Origin: a virus
Virus record (IMG/VR): IMGVR_UViG_3300044632_000653
Strand: one strand, 5' to 3'
DNA length: 64,000 nt
Below, in pieces: positions 19,873 through 29,535 of this stretch. The notes under the pieces were generated by a model. That model worked only from the letters and a program-made list of their open reading frames with translations. It ran no database searches and was not told where the DNA came from. A program made the position numbers and the translations under genes. The first letter of the stretch is position 1, and each line of letters begins with the position of its first letter.

Positions 19873-20444
19873 GGGTTCTCCTCTTCCTTACGGGCATCCA
19901 TGATCCTCCGCTTGAGGTCGGAGATGCGGACATGCACCGAGTTCACGGCGATACCCGCAACCTTGGAGATCTCCTCGGTGGACTTTCCCTCGCACTTCAT
20001 CTTGAGCATGGTGATGTCAACGGGGCGCAGGTTGTGCTTCTGACGGAGCGACTCCCAATCCTCATGGGACACGACAAGGGGTTCCTCATGGGTGTCAACG
20101 AAGATGACATCCTCCATCTTCTGAGACTTGTGGGCGTTGTCGGCAGAGTCGAGGCAGGAGATGGGAAGCATGCGGTCCTGCTTGTAGTACTTCTTGGCGT
20201 AGAAGGTCTTCTGCTGCAAGATCGCCTTGCGCCGCATGAACTTGGGGTCCGAGCGGTTGCGCCAAATGACAAGAGCCGCTTCCTGTAGGAAGTCATCGAA
20301 TCCCATCATGCCAAGGATCCTGTCTCCGTAACGCTTGCGGAGCCAATGCTTGGTCAACTGAAGGTTCTTGAGGAACTCCCTCAAGTATCCCTCTTCAGAG
20401 AGATTTTCCTTGTCGCCGTCCTTGCCGTTGTCGCCACCATCCAT
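19869..20444 (-). CDS. ECF/sigma70-like factor or HTH regulator
   Basis: Region-2-like DDFLQEAALVIWR and region-4-like EGKSTEEISKVAGIAVNSVHVRIS. Confidence 0.6.
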   Translation of the reverse strand: MDGGDNGKDGDKENLSEEGYLREFLKNLQLTKHWLRKRYGDRILGMMGFDDFLQEAALVIWRNRSDPKFMRRKAILQQKTFYAKKYYKQDRMLPISCLDSADNAHKSQKMEDVIFVDTHEEPLVVSHEDWESLRQKHNLRPVDITMLKMKCEGKSTEEISKVAGIAVNSVHVRISDLKRRIMDARKEEENP

Positions 20445-20456
20445 GGAACCCCCTTT

Positions 20457-20936
20457 TCACTCCGATTTTGCCTTGCCGATCAACACCCTTTGCCTGTCCA
20501 ACTTGTTGAGGAAGATGCGCCGAAGTTCAGCGTTCACCTTGACCGTGTTCGGATCCCCGAGCGACACCGTGCCCTTCAAGAGGCACTCCTCTGCTGCGGA
20601 GAGCGTCTCCTGCATGATGTCGATCCTCGTCCTGAGTTCCAACACTTTCTCCTGCAACTCAGCCACGCCCTGTGGGAGATACACCTTCTCCAAGGAAACC
20701 GTGTCGGGTTGCCTGATAGGCATGTTCCTGCTCTCTGCGAACTTGACGAGATCGGAGACAAGAACTCTGCGGTCCTTGTTGATGAGCCATGACGGAATAC
20801 ATCCCTTGTCAATCCACTTTGTGACGGTTCTCGGAGATACCCCGAGCATGGAAGCCGCCTGTCCCGTTGTGGCTTGATGATTTCCACCGTTTGCGCCGAT
20901 AGACCTTGTCTTGCGATTACGACTCATTCTGCTCAC
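20457..20936 (-). CDS. MerR/excisionase-family HTH protein with coiled coil
   Basis: TTGQAASMLGVSPRTVTKWIDKG.IP...DRRV..SDL..F. Confidence 0.75.
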   Translation of the reverse strand: MSRMSRNRKTRSIGANGGNHQATTGQAASMLGVSPRTVTKWIDKGCIPSWLINKDRRVLVSDLVKFAESRNMPIRQPDTVSLEKVYLPQGVAELQEKVLELRTRIDIMQETLSAAEECLLKGTVSLGDPNTVKVNAELRRIFLNKLDRQRVLIGKAKSE

Positions 20937-21129
20937 TCCCTCCCTGTTCGTTGTCGCTTTGCTTCATCTTGAGAAAGGTTCGGCTTCCGATGTACACGAT
21001 GGAAAGTGCGGTGCCGCACACGATCAGCCACTTGGCGATCTCCTTGTCTCCCTTCATGCCTTCGATCAGACCGATCAGAACGGGTGCGATTGACACCCAA
21101 AACTCTGTGGTCTTCGTTCCCGACTTCAT
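20917..21129 (-). CDS. Small membrane protein (holin-like)
   Basis: MKSG.KTTEFW start, two hydrophobic segments ending YI.SR. Confidence 0.55.
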   Translation of the reverse strand: MKSGTKTTEFWVSIAPVLIGLIEGMKGDKEIAKWLIVCGTALSIVYIGSRTFLKMKQSDNEQGGSEQNES

Positions 21130-21857
21130 CGGCTTTCTCCCGAAGATTCGTTCACCGATGGCACCGATGGGGTGGTGTATGCCCCGAGGACGAGTGATTG
21201 GTCTTTTGCGTCCGTGGTCCCGTCTCCGTTCACATCTCCCTTGCCGCTTCCCCAACCACCAAGAACGAGAGCAAGGTCTGCGGCATCCACCTTGTTGTCG
21301 AGGTTGAGGTCCTCGGCACGGAACAGGTCCATCTCAAAGACCATGCTCTCGCCGCAAGGCACGGACACCACGATGCTGTGCTTGAGGAATGGCGTGGAGA
21401 GGCTGCGCTCATCCTTCACCCAAAGGTGCAGGGACTCCTGCGTGGTTTCCTTGAGCATGATCGGAGGCAGCGTGTCGAAGGCGAGTCGATTGCAGGGGGT
21501 CACGCTGTTCCATGCGATGGACGATTCGTGATCCTTGATTTGGATGTACGACTGCTGCGGGTAGCGGAGACGAATCCGCCAAGACTTGTTCATGTCAACC
21601 TGCTGCGTGTTCATGTCAACGAAGAAGCCCTCGGAGACATCGGAGTCGTTTCGGAGTTCGATCTTCCATCCGAGGGATCCGATGTCCCTCTTCGACACAT
21701 TGATGGAGAGTTTGTCGTTGGCGACGATCATCTGCGGGGTCTCCGAGATGACGGTCGTGTAGTCCCTGATCGTGTTGTCAGGATTCCCAAGAGTCGCAGG
21801 ATCCAACGGATTGAGTCGGAATGCTGCCATCAAGACATAGGTTGCGGTTGCTGACAT
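21126..21857 (-). CDS. Protein with C-terminal dockerin-type duplicated Ca-binding motif
   Basis: EDLNLDNKVDAADLALVLGGWG and GDVNGDGTTDAKDQSLVLGAY. Confidence 0.75.
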   Translation of the reverse strand: MSATATYVLMAAFRLNPLDPATLGNPDNTIRDYTTVISETPQMIVANDKLSINVSKRDIGSLGWKIELRNDSDVSEGFFVDMNTQQVDMNKSWRIRLRYPQQSYIQIKDHESSIAWNSVTPCNRLAFDTLPPIMLKETTQESLHLWVKDERSLSTPFLKHSIVVSVPCGESMVFEMDLFRAEDLNLDNKVDAADLALVLGGWGSGKGDVNGDGTTDAKDQSLVLGAYTTPSVPSVNESSGESR

Positions 21858-22126
21858 ATCGGATGTACTTTCTTGGTTATGGGTCTGCGGGATGATAGCG
21901 GACGCAAAAAGGCTGTCAAGGGACAGTCCTAGAAGTTTTCACCCCAAACTGACCTCGTCAGAAGGCTAGTTTTTCCAAAATGTGTCCGTTTTGGACGGCT
22001 AGTTCCGCAGGGGCACAAAAGAAACAGTCCCCTGCGTGAGGGGACTGTCGGCGTTCGCTACAGAGGTTTTAGTCGGCGTGATCCGTTTTTTCGGACTCGC
22101 TCACCGATGGGGTTTTCCCCCGAGGG

Positions 22127-22543
22127 TTAGTAGCGATGCTCTGCGTGATGCTCAAGGATCGTGTCATCGAAGGAGTCGGTGGGAAAGTGGGCGGTCGCAT
22201 GCGCAACCATCAACTCCCACACCTCGCTCGGCAGAGGCTCCACCTCGGAGGACGAATCCTCAAGGCTGAACCACTCACCGTTCTCCATCTCCACCATGAT
22301 GTCTGTGTCGGCGATGGAGACCTCGGCATCGGAAACCTCGGTTTCCTCCCGATAGGTGTTCGCCGCATCGGGATAGTTCCATCCGACACGCTCGACCTCG
22401 TATTCGATGCTGAAGCCTGTGACGATCAGTTTCACCTGCTTCCCGTCTGCGAGGATGGAGGGTACGGGTCCCGTCCATTCCTTGCCGAGGGAGAACGGTT
22501 CCTTGATCACGATTTCGGTTCCCTCTCGTTCGATGTTTCCCAT
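22127..22543 (-). CDS. Acidic hypothetical protein
   Basis: AAGGA SD; packed in an early operon; strongly acidic. Confidence 0.6.
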   Translation of the reverse strand: MGNIEREGTEIVIKEPFSLGKEWTGPVPSILADGKQVKLIVTGFSIEYEVERVGWNYPDAANTYREETEVSDAEVSIADTDIMVEMENGEWFSLEDSSSEVEPLPSEVWELMVAHATAHFPTDSFDDTILEHHAEHRY

Positions 22544-22554
22544 GGTGAGTCCTT

Positions 22555-22809
22555 TCAGTCCTTGGGCAGGAGGTGTGCGTAGACCTCTTCGCCTCTCTCC
22601 GTGAGGGCGTAGAGAGGAGTGCCGTCCTCATCGAACACGGGCACTTCGATGAGTTTTCCCTCGCACTCGCTCGGGAGGGATGCCATCTCCTCGACTGCGG
22701 CAGCGAGAAGTGCCATGGCTAGGCGAGGATTCGTGGTCATCAGGTAGTGACAGAACTCGCCCATGTTCAGCGTGGCGGGAGGGTCTCTGTACTGCGTCAT
22801 CTTCGTCAT
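22555..22809 (-). CDS. Hypothetical early protein
   Basis: GAGGAG SD downstream of a TTGACT..TATCTT promoter (22832-22860). Confidence 0.55.
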   Translation of the reverse strand: MTKMTQYRDPPATLNMGEFCHYLMTTNPRLAMALLAAAVEEMASLPSECEGKLIEVPVFDEDGTPLYALTERGEEVYAHLLPKD

Positions 22810-22871
22810 AGTGTGATCTCCTCTCACACAAAAGATAGCATACTTTCGTGATGGAGTCAACGGTATTACCG

Positions 22872-24092
22872 TCACAAGATGCAGTTGGCGAAGATGCTCG
22901 GCTTGGATTCAAAATTCACGGGAGTGGGGATGCTCAAGTTCTTGAGCCGAAGGTTGGTCTCAAAGGTCACCGACCTAGCCGAGTGGGCGAAGTCGCAGAG
23001 GATCTCATATCCAACCTGTGAACCCGTACCCGTGCGCCGTGAAGCCTTGGTCGCCGAATGGACCTTGACGATGTGACCGATATGCTCGTCATCATTTTCG
23101 CCGTTCGGATGCACGATGTAGCGCAGGTCAGCCATGCTGCCCCCACGCAGACCGAACTGCGGTGCCGCCTTCGGGTCGAAGGTAATAGCCTTGCTGAGGC
23201 TGGTAACCTTGATTCCGTCGCCGTCCTTCGGCACGGGTCCGTGCATCTGCCTTGTGCCTGAATTGATGAACATCCTGCGATTCGCTTGCACGATGCTTGT
23301 GTTGTTGCCGCCGCCTCGCTTGAAACGGGCTTCAGCCATTCCACCTGCGTCAGCCGTGACCTTGTCGATCCTCGGTGCAGCCAAGAGCGTCGGGGTCGGC
23401 ATGAACCAAGACTCAGGGAACGACGCACCGCCTACGAGAAGCGTTCCCATACCCTTGATCACAAGCATATGAGATCCGTGCATCGTGGAGTTCAGGGTGC
23501 GCCAGTACGCATCCGACTCGACGGGGAATTGCCACCTGATCGACTTATCGTCGTATGACTCGGCTTGGATCTCATTCGCCACCAACCGCAGGACGATCTT
23601 CCATATCTCGGGCACCGTGGTGAACGGGATCTTGTTGGTCATCAGTTCGGGAATGTACTGTGCATGCCGAGCGATGACCTTGTGGACACGGTTCATCACG
23701 GTCGGGGTGCCGAGGATTTCCTGTAGCGTGGCGCAGAAGACGGGATCTGTACCGCAGATGGGGACAGCCTTCTTCGACTGCGGACTGACGATCCACTCGG
23801 ACCCGTTGTAGTTCCAAGTCAGCGCACCGCCTTGCGACACGCCGTTCTTACATTCGATGTGCAGGGGTTGGTTCGGGTAGTCGGCATGGACCACCCTGAT
23901 GTCTGCCGAGGTGGACCCACCGATTGCTGAGGTAAAGGTGATCTTGTCACGCTTGTTCGGGGGTAGGCTCGACTGTAGGAGAGCCATCAAGTTCCGTTGG
24001 AACTCATGTCCCTTGGTGTCGATGTTCTTTTTCTTCCCCTCGGTCAGGTCTTGCAGGTCCTGTTCGTGGAGATGTGACAAAAAATCCTTCAT
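22872..24092 (-). CDS. PD-(D/E)XK nuclease-like protein with capsid-targeting-like leader
   Basis: N-terminus MKDFLSHLHE; SADIRV...LHIECK; TACATA late box 5 nt upstream. Confidence 0.55.
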   Translation of the reverse strand: MKDFLSHLHEQDLQDLTEGKKKNIDTKGHEFQRNLMALLQSSLPPNKRDKITFTSAIGGSTSADIRVVHADYPNQPLHIECKNGVSQGGALTWNYNGSEWIVSPQSKKAVPICGTDPVFCATLQEILGTPTVMNRVHKVIARHAQYIPELMTNKIPFTTVPEIWKIVLRLVANEIQAESYDDKSIRWQFPVESDAYWRTLNSTMHGSHMLVIKGMGTLLVGGASFPESWFMPTPTLLAAPRIDKVTADAGGMAEARFKRGGGNNTSIVQANRRMFINSGTRQMHGPVPKDGDGIKVTSLSKAITFDPKAAPQFGLRGGSMADLRYIVHPNGENDDEHIGHIVKVHSATKASRRTGTGSQVGYEILCDFAHSARSVTFETNLRLKNLSIPTPVNFESKPSIFANCIL

Positions 24093-24106
24093 GCAGGTAT
24101 GTATCG

Positions 24107-24418
24107 CTACATTTCGACACGCCTGTATCCGCAAGCCCACAGAAGATTGGCAATTTCAGTCGCAGAGCGGTTCACCATCTCCTCGGTTTCGTCGGGATAG
24201 ATCGCATGCAGGGCTTCATGGATGATCAGGTCCATGCGGTTCTTCCCCTCGACAGCCCTCCGCACTCTGATGGTCGGCTGCGGGTCCTCGGGATGACCGC
24301 AGTCTCCCCACCTGTCGGAAGGGATCTCACGGCTGCGCACGAACTTGATGTGCCACTCCTTCCCACCGAGTTTGGTGGTGAGGGCATTGGGGTCCTGCTT
24401 TTGCTTTCTTTTCGCCAC
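24107..24418 (-). CDS. Small HExxH zinc metallopeptidase-like protein
   Basis: WG.C, IRV, LIIHEALHA..P...EE.V. Confidence 0.7.
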   Translation of the reverse strand: MAKRKQKQDPNALTTKLGGKEWHIKFVRSREIPSDRWGDCGHPEDPQPTIRVRRAVEGKNRMDLIIHEALHAIYPDETEEMVNRSATEIANLLWACGYRRVEM

Positions 24419-24476
24419 GGCGTTATTTAGTGAAAAACGATGGACCGATAAGTAGTATAAAGGGAGGGCAGAAACG

Positions 24477-25868
24477 ATGGGAACGACCTATGTCTGGGTT
24501 GGTGGACACACAGGATACACGGGAACGAACAGCGGATACTCCGCAACGGGTGGAGGTCCTACGGGAGCAAACCCGAGGTGGACCAATGTCATCACGGGAC
24601 AAACTTCGGATAGCGGGGACTTCTATTTTGGTCCTTACTTCTGGAGCAACACGAAGAACTGGCTGAGGGCAGTTCAAGCAACGGGATCGGGTGGAGCATA
24701 CAACTACTCCTCAACGACCGTTTTGCCCAAGGGTGGAGACTCCGTCATTTTCACGGGATCCTTGACGGGCGTGGGTTCGATTACGGGAGGCAGCGGCAAC
24801 ACCCTGAAGACCTACTCCGTTTCGTGCCTTTACGGTGGAATGACTGGTGACGGTTTCACCGCAAGTTCCGCAACGGGATGGGCAGGTGGATGGACCGCAG
24901 GTTCAGGCGCACATGGAACCATCAACTTCGTGGTTCAACAGTCGTTCAATCCGTACCTTTCGGGGTTTGACTTGGCGGAAATGCTCAATAAGTGGGGAAC
25001 CACTCTCCGTGTTGGTGAAATTGGAGTGGGAGCCACGGGCAACCTCGACAACTACAGTCCTTTGCGAATCAGGACTACCTCGTTCAATTTCACAGACGGA
25101 TCTCAAGTCGATGGTTACGGTGCGATGGTCGCCGTGAACAACATACACAACACGGGAACTCCATGGTTCACGATGGGTGGCGGCAGCAATCCGAATTCTT
25201 ACCGATATGGAAAGTCGATCATCTCGGGTAAGTGGACCGTCGTGCAGCAATCCTCGGGAACTCTGCTTGCAGACAACATCACGAATACGAATGACAACGG
25301 CTACTACAGCGTGAGCGGTTATCCCGTGCAGTTCGGAACTTCGTCTACTGTCTCCTTCAGGGACTTCAACATCAATGTGAAGGCATTGAGGGATGGTGGA
25401 TACATCTATGGCAACAGCGGCTCTCAAGCGAAGGTTGTGATTTCGGGATACAGCAATACAAATACTGCACCGATCACCCTCGGTGCGTTCAACGACGGTT
25501 CCAATCCCACCTTTGAATCGTTGTCGTTGTTTGCTGGTGGTTCTTCTGACACGGCAATCACCTATCCGACCGTCAAGTTGGCATCGTGCCAAATCGACAA
25601 CTTGACGATGAATGGCGGCAAGATCCTCGTCAGCGAAAACTCCACTCAGTTTGACTACTGCATCATTCGTGACGGATACGCAAAGGGCACTTCTGTGATC
25701 GACATGTCTCACCCGCAGATTGAGACTTGGCAGAACTTCATTATTTCCTACTCACCAGGAGACGAAGGTCTCCGTTTGGATGACTCGACGGTCTCGGTGA
25801 AGCCCTACCGAGGTGCCTCATTCAAGACGGGAACTCCCGAATCTCCCACGGGCGCATTCGGATACTGA
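24477..25868 (+). CDS. Gly/Thr/Ser-rich virion protein (fibre or beta-helix-like)
   Basis: TAAGTA box and GGAGG SD; W....NW and P..GD.V.F motifs; beta-rich composition. Confidence 0.65.
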   Translation: MGTTYVWVGGHTGYTGTNSGYSATGGGPTGANPRWTNVITGQTSDSGDFYFGPYFWSNTKNWLRAVQATGSGGAYNYSSTTVLPKGGDSVIFTGSLTGVGSITGGSGNTLKTYSVSCLYGGMTGDGFTASSATGWAGGWTAGSGAHGTINFVVQQSFNPYLSGFDLAEMLNKWGTTLRVGEIGVGATGNLDNYSPLRIRTTSFNFTDGSQVDGYGAMVAVNNIHNTGTPWFTMGGGSNPNSYRYGKSIISGKWTVVQQSSGTLLADNITNTNDNGYYSVSGYPVQFGTSSTVSFRDFNINVKALRDGGYIYGNSGSQAKVVISGYSNTNTAPITLGAFNDGSNPTFESLSLFAGGSSDTAITYPTVKLASCQIDNLTMNGGKILVSENSTQFDYCIIRDGYAKGTSVIDMSHPQIETWQNFIISYSPGDEGLRLDDSTVSVKPYRGASFKTGTPESPTGAFGY

Positions 25869-25889
25869 CAGAACATCAACAAAACAAAC

Positions 25890-25922
25890 GAACGAGAGGG
25901 GGAAACCCCTCTCGTTTCTTTT
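25890..25922. terminator. Bidirectional terminator
   Basis: AACGAGAGGGG-GAAA-CCCCTCTCGTT hairpin with flanking A and T runs between convergent genes. Confidence 0.75.
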
Positions 25923-25933
25923 ACTCATCTGAC

Positions 25934-26329
25934 TCACCCGAGGTATCTGATGCCGTGAGGAGTCAGCATCTCGGTGCCCTGCATGGCATCGAACAGGTTG
26001 CCACGGGCATGCTTGGCGGGACCCTTGTAGGACGCAGCCCGAAGCACATCCCCCGTTTGCTTGTCGATGAAGGCATACACCGACCGTGAGCCTCGACCTG
26101 CGTCACGGACGATGTCGATGCGGATGTAGCGGCGACCGTCAGACATCTCAAGTTGAGACGAGACGAGCGGGTGAAAGTTCTTGGCGTAGTCCTTGTTCAC
26201 GATGTCCTGTGCCGTCCACAGCCATCGGTCGAGGCGCAGGAGAGCGAGGGACTTGTCTCCCCATACAGCAGGGAGGTTCGTCTTGTGGGTCAGGAGATTG
26301 ACTGCGTTGGTGGCGTTCGTGGTGGTCAT
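25934..26329 (-). CDS. Conserved phage protein
   Basis: G.RYIRI...RSVYAFIDK.TGDVLRAASYK.PAKHARGN pattern seen widely in phages. Confidence 0.7.
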   Translation of the reverse strand: MTTTNATNAVNLLTHKTNLPAVWGDKSLALLRLDRWLWTAQDIVNKDYAKNFHPLVSSQLEMSDGRRYIRIDIVRDAGRGSRSVYAFIDKQTGDVLRAASYKGPAKHARGNLFDAMQGTEMLTPHGIRYLG

Positions 26330-26566
26330 GGTGGGTCCTTTAGTTGATCATGCAGATGACCGTCTTCGGGATGTTCGTGGTGATTCGGATCCGAGGCGGC
26401 AGGAAGATAGCCGTCAGGGTGGTGAGGGCGGCGAGGGCGAGGACGAGGGCTGTGCGGGTTGTCATATCTGTACCTCCTACACCCGAATCCTATCATATCT
26501 TTTGGAAAAAGCAAGACCCCCGCCGTACCGCTCGGCGGGGGTGCTGCAAGAAGAGGACAGGTTTGG

Positions 26567-26920
26567 TTATCGGCGGGTGCCGCTTGAGACCTCGGCGAGG
26601 GCTCGGACGCAGGAAAGCATCCCGTGTCTGAAGACCAAGTCAGCCATGCCCGACATGAGTTCGCTCTCGACCTCGGTGCGCTCGGTGATGCGGATGTAGT
26701 TGTTCCTGCCCGTGCGACCCCAATCGATCTTGTACTTCGCACCGAGACCGCTCGGGCTCTCTGCCCAAGTCTTGAAGGTCGGCGGCGAGATCTGCGGACA
26801 GAACCTTCCCCGAACCTCGGAGGCATTGAGCCTCTCGTTGGTCAGAGCCTTTGCCACCCCGTTCCAATCGATGTCATCGATCCTCGTCGGCGCACTCTTC
26901 GTCTTCTTTTGCCTTGCCAT
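26567..26920 (-). CDS. Putative winged-helix DNA-binding protein
   Basis: AGGAG SD; basic N-terminus; resembles 53547..53834. Confidence 0.55.
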   Translation of the reverse strand: MARQKKTKSAPTRIDDIDWNGVAKALTNERLNASEVRGRFCPQISPPTFKTWAESPSGLGAKYKIDWGRTGRNNYIRITERTEVESELMSGMADLVFRHGMLSCVRALAEVSSGTRR

Positions 26921-26976
26921 GTCGTGATTCTCCTTTCGCATCATTGCGATGTCCGTACTCTAACGGATATGTTCAT

Positions 26977-27002
26977 ATCTATCAACAATATTGTTGATAG
27001 AT
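26977..27002. repeat. Perfect 26-bp palindrome (putative operator)
   Basis: ATCTATCAACAATATTGTTGATAGAT is its own reverse complement. Confidence 0.85.
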
Positions 27003-27011
27003 TTTGCAAAA

Positions 27012-27452
27012 TCACGAAGACAGTTGGGCGGGAGTGATTGCGACCTTGGGGAGCCTGTCGGGTTGCCACCCCTTGGCGATGGCATCTCCCCATAGGATGC
27101 GGCAGAAGTCCTTGGTAGCCCACCACGACTTGCCCACCGTGAAGTGCAGGGTTGTCCTCGTTCCTGATGGGGAGAAAACATCGAAAGTTTGGACCGAATC
27201 CATGCGGGGATCGTCGGTCTCAAGTGCGACCGACACCATGCTGCTGCGTCCCTTGATCGGGTTCTGCGGGTCGATGTGCGGGATGCGGAACACCAACTTG
27301 ATCGGAGACAGGAGATCGGGTCCTCTGAGAATGTGTATCTCGGGATCGACCACCAACCTGTCGAGGACGCTGTCCACCATTTCGGCGACTGCGATCTTCT
27401 TGTCGAGGTCGGATTCGGATGCTTGGGTTGGGGTTGCTTCGGATTGATTCAT
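27012..27452 (-). CDS. Hypothetical early protein (A..xW..L...G motif family)
   Basis: ATG 6 nt after a TTGACA..TATCTT promoter; KDFCRILWGDAIAKGW. Confidence 0.6.
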   Translation of the reverse strand: MNQSEATPTQASESDLDKKIAVAEMVDSVLDRLVVDPEIHILRGPDLLSPIKLVFRIPHIDPQNPIKGRSSMVSVALETDDPRMDSVQTFDVFSPSGTRTTLHFTVGKSWWATKDFCRILWGDAIAKGWQPDRLPKVAITPAQLSS

Positions 27453-27502
27453 GGGATGAAGATACGATAAGAAACCGTTCCTGTCAATCAAAAATCTGCA
27501 AC

Positions 27503-27835
27503 TTATTCAAGACCGAGTTCACGGTCGAGTTTGGCGATCCGCTTCATCGCCTCCTGCGCTTCCTTGCGGAACGGCACCTTCGCCCTACGCTTGTCCCATG
27601 TGTCTGGATGCTGACTCTTGAACACGCCTTCGATCCATGAAAGCGGGAACTGTTGTTCGATGTCCCTCGTCTGATCGGGATTCTCCTCGTCGGGAATCTC
27701 GCCGTAGAGCCAACAGTCATTCTTCTCGGGAACGAGAACTCGTATCTCGTAGATGCCGCTGTCCTCGCCGTCTTCGATGTAGACCTTGTCGCCGTGCCTG
27801 AGTCTTGTGGTGGTTCGGGGTTTCTTTGCCATCAT
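27503..27835 (-). CDS. Hypothetical protein
   Basis: Translationally coupled operon member. Confidence 0.55.
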   Translation of the reverse strand: MMAKKPRTTTRLRHGDKVYIEDGEDSGIYEIRVLVPEKNDCWLYGEIPDEENPDQTRDIEQQFPLSWIEGVFKSQHPDTWDKRRAKVPFRKEAQEAMKRIAKLDRELGLE

Positions 27836-28209
27836 TCACCGTCCGTTCTGCGGAAACGCTCGTTGTTCTCGTCCGCTTCTTGCTTGTCGCAGCCCCGCCA
27901 CGACTTCCCTTGGAGGGCGATGTAGGACTCCTCAACGATTTGGGACAAGCCCTTGACGCTACCCCTGCCCGTGTTCGGGTTGTAGTAGCCGTCCCAATCC
28001 ATGAGCATGAACGATGCGGTGATCGTGTTTCGGTGAAGGGATTCGATGTAGTCCCTCACGGTTTTGATGTCACGGAGACGCTTGTCCACGGAAGTCAGCG
28101 GTCCCTGATTTCCATGGAGACCCTGCTTCTTCGTCCATCGTTCGATGCGGTCGATGGCGAGGGATGCGTCGTTGCTGTTCGGGGGATCCTTCTTGGGGGC
28201 GAACTTCAT
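27832..28209 (-). CDS. Hypothetical protein
   Basis: ATGA coupling; DWDGYYNP motif. Confidence 0.6.
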   Translation of the reverse strand: MKFAPKKDPPNSNDASLAIDRIERWTKKQGLHGNQGPLTSVDKRLRDIKTVRDYIESLHRNTITASFMLMDWDGYYNPNTGRGSVKGLSQIVEESYIALQGKSWRGCDKQEADENNERFRRTDGE

Positions 28210-28577
28210 GGCTCTTCTCCTTCGTCCAAGAGTCCCTTCATCTTGGAGACGATCTTGGTGAGACGCTCGACCTCGGTGGTCAACTTCACATTCAACGCAC
28301 CGACAGGCTCACAGGTCGTGCAGCAACCCTCGTAGCCTTCCTTGAACTGATCGATCTTCTTTTCCAAGTCGTAGATCATGTATGCCATATGGGTGAACAC
28401 TTCGCTCTCGTCCTTCAGCACACTCTTGAGACGAGAGACCTCCTCCTCAAGAAGAGCGTTCTGTTCCTTGAGGGAGTCGATGGTCTTGTCCTTCAGCACG
28501 ATGGCGGTGATCCCGATTCGGGTCGCTTCCTCGACCATCCGCAGTTGGTCGATGGCTTCTTTCGTTGGTTCGTTCAC
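28206..28577 (-). CDS. Coiled-coil hypothetical protein
   Basis: GTGA coupling; YEGCC.TCEPV motif. Confidence 0.55.
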   Translation of the reverse strand: MNEPTKEAIDQLRMVEEATRIGITAIVLKDKTIDSLKEQNALLEEEVSRLKSVLKDESEVFTHMAYMIYDLEKKIDQFKEGYEGCCTTCEPVGALNVKLTTEVERLTKIVSKMKGLLDEGEEP

Positions 28578-28957
28578 TTGCCGTCCTCCTCGTAGCAATT
28601 CCATCCTCTTTCCGCAGCGATCTGTTGTTCGGTGTCGATGCTTTCGTTAGCAATTTGCCGACAATACATTCGCCTCGCCTCGTTACGCTCTGCGGTCAGG
28701 CGTTCGATCTCCGCTTCAAGATTCTCGGCTCCGATTCGATAATCCTCCTGTTCGGAGAGCAGAGTTCGTTCCCGTGACAATGCGTTGTCCAGTTCTCCGA
28801 TTGTCCCCTCTAACCGAAACATGAGATCCTCAATCTCGTCTGCGGCTTCTACGAGGAGCCTGTGTGTCGGTGGTGTACCGAACAGGCGAAGATAGTTCGC
28901 AGCATCCTTGACTTCCACAAGCAGATCCTTGGGATCCTTGAACTTGATCTCGCTCAC
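28574..28957 (-). CDS. Coiled-coil hypothetical protein
   Basis: EAADEIE.L and AERNEARR.YC...A.ERGW.C patterns. Confidence 0.6.
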   Translation of the reverse strand: MSEIKFKDPKDLLVEVKDAANYLRLFGTPPTHRLLVEAADEIEDLMFRLEGTIGELDNALSRERTLLSEQEDYRIGAENLEAEIERLTAERNEARRMYCRQIANESIDTEQQIAAERGWNCYEEDGK

Positions 28958-29081
28958 TTGGTGTCCTTTCCGTCTTCAAGTCGCTCTTCGATCTCGTCTA
29001 GCATGAGTTCAAGCCTTCCCAAGTACCATCCGAGGAGGAACGAGCATCCTGCAACCATAAGCACGACGGCAACGAGTACCG

Positions 29082-29531
29082 TCATCGCTTCCCCGCTTCA
29101 AGGATGGGGAGCCCTGCCTCGGTGGGCACATAGATCACGCTGTTGGAGCCTGACTCCAAGTTCTTGATCCATTGCCACCTCAAGTACGCCTCGTTGTCCT
29201 TGAGGCTTTGTCCGATGATGGCGTTGGCTTCAGCCACGCCTTTCGCTCTCTCAACCTCGGCGGCGGCGAGTGCCTTCGCCGACTGTAGTTCCGCTTCGGC
29301 TTCCAAGATGGAGATGCGCCGATTCTGCTCGGCTTGTGCGTACTCGGCTTCGCCCCGCATCTGTGCAGCCCAAACATCGTAGCGGGGCTTGATGTAGGCG
29401 CAGCCGCCGATGCCGCCGCCGAGGACGATCAGGACGATCAGCACCCAAATGCCGATTCCCAACACGCTCCCGTAGTCAAACTTGTTCCTGACCTTTGAGT
29501 TGTCCTGATTGTTGCTTCCATAGTATGACAT
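29082..29531 (-). CDS. Membrane-anchored SPFH/band-7-tail-like protein
   Basis: N-terminal TM helix; EVERAKGVAEAN.IIG.SL..N..YLRW, IYVPTEAGLPILEA. Confidence 0.7.
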   Translation of the reverse strand: MSYYGSNNQDNSKVRNKFDYGSVLGIGIWVLIVLIVLGGGIGGCAYIKPRYDVWAAQMRGEAEYAQAEQNRRISILEAEAELQSAKALAAAEVERAKGVAEANAIIGQSLKDNEAYLRWQWIKNLESGSNSVIYVPTEAGLPILEAGKR

Positions 29532-29535
29532 GGCT

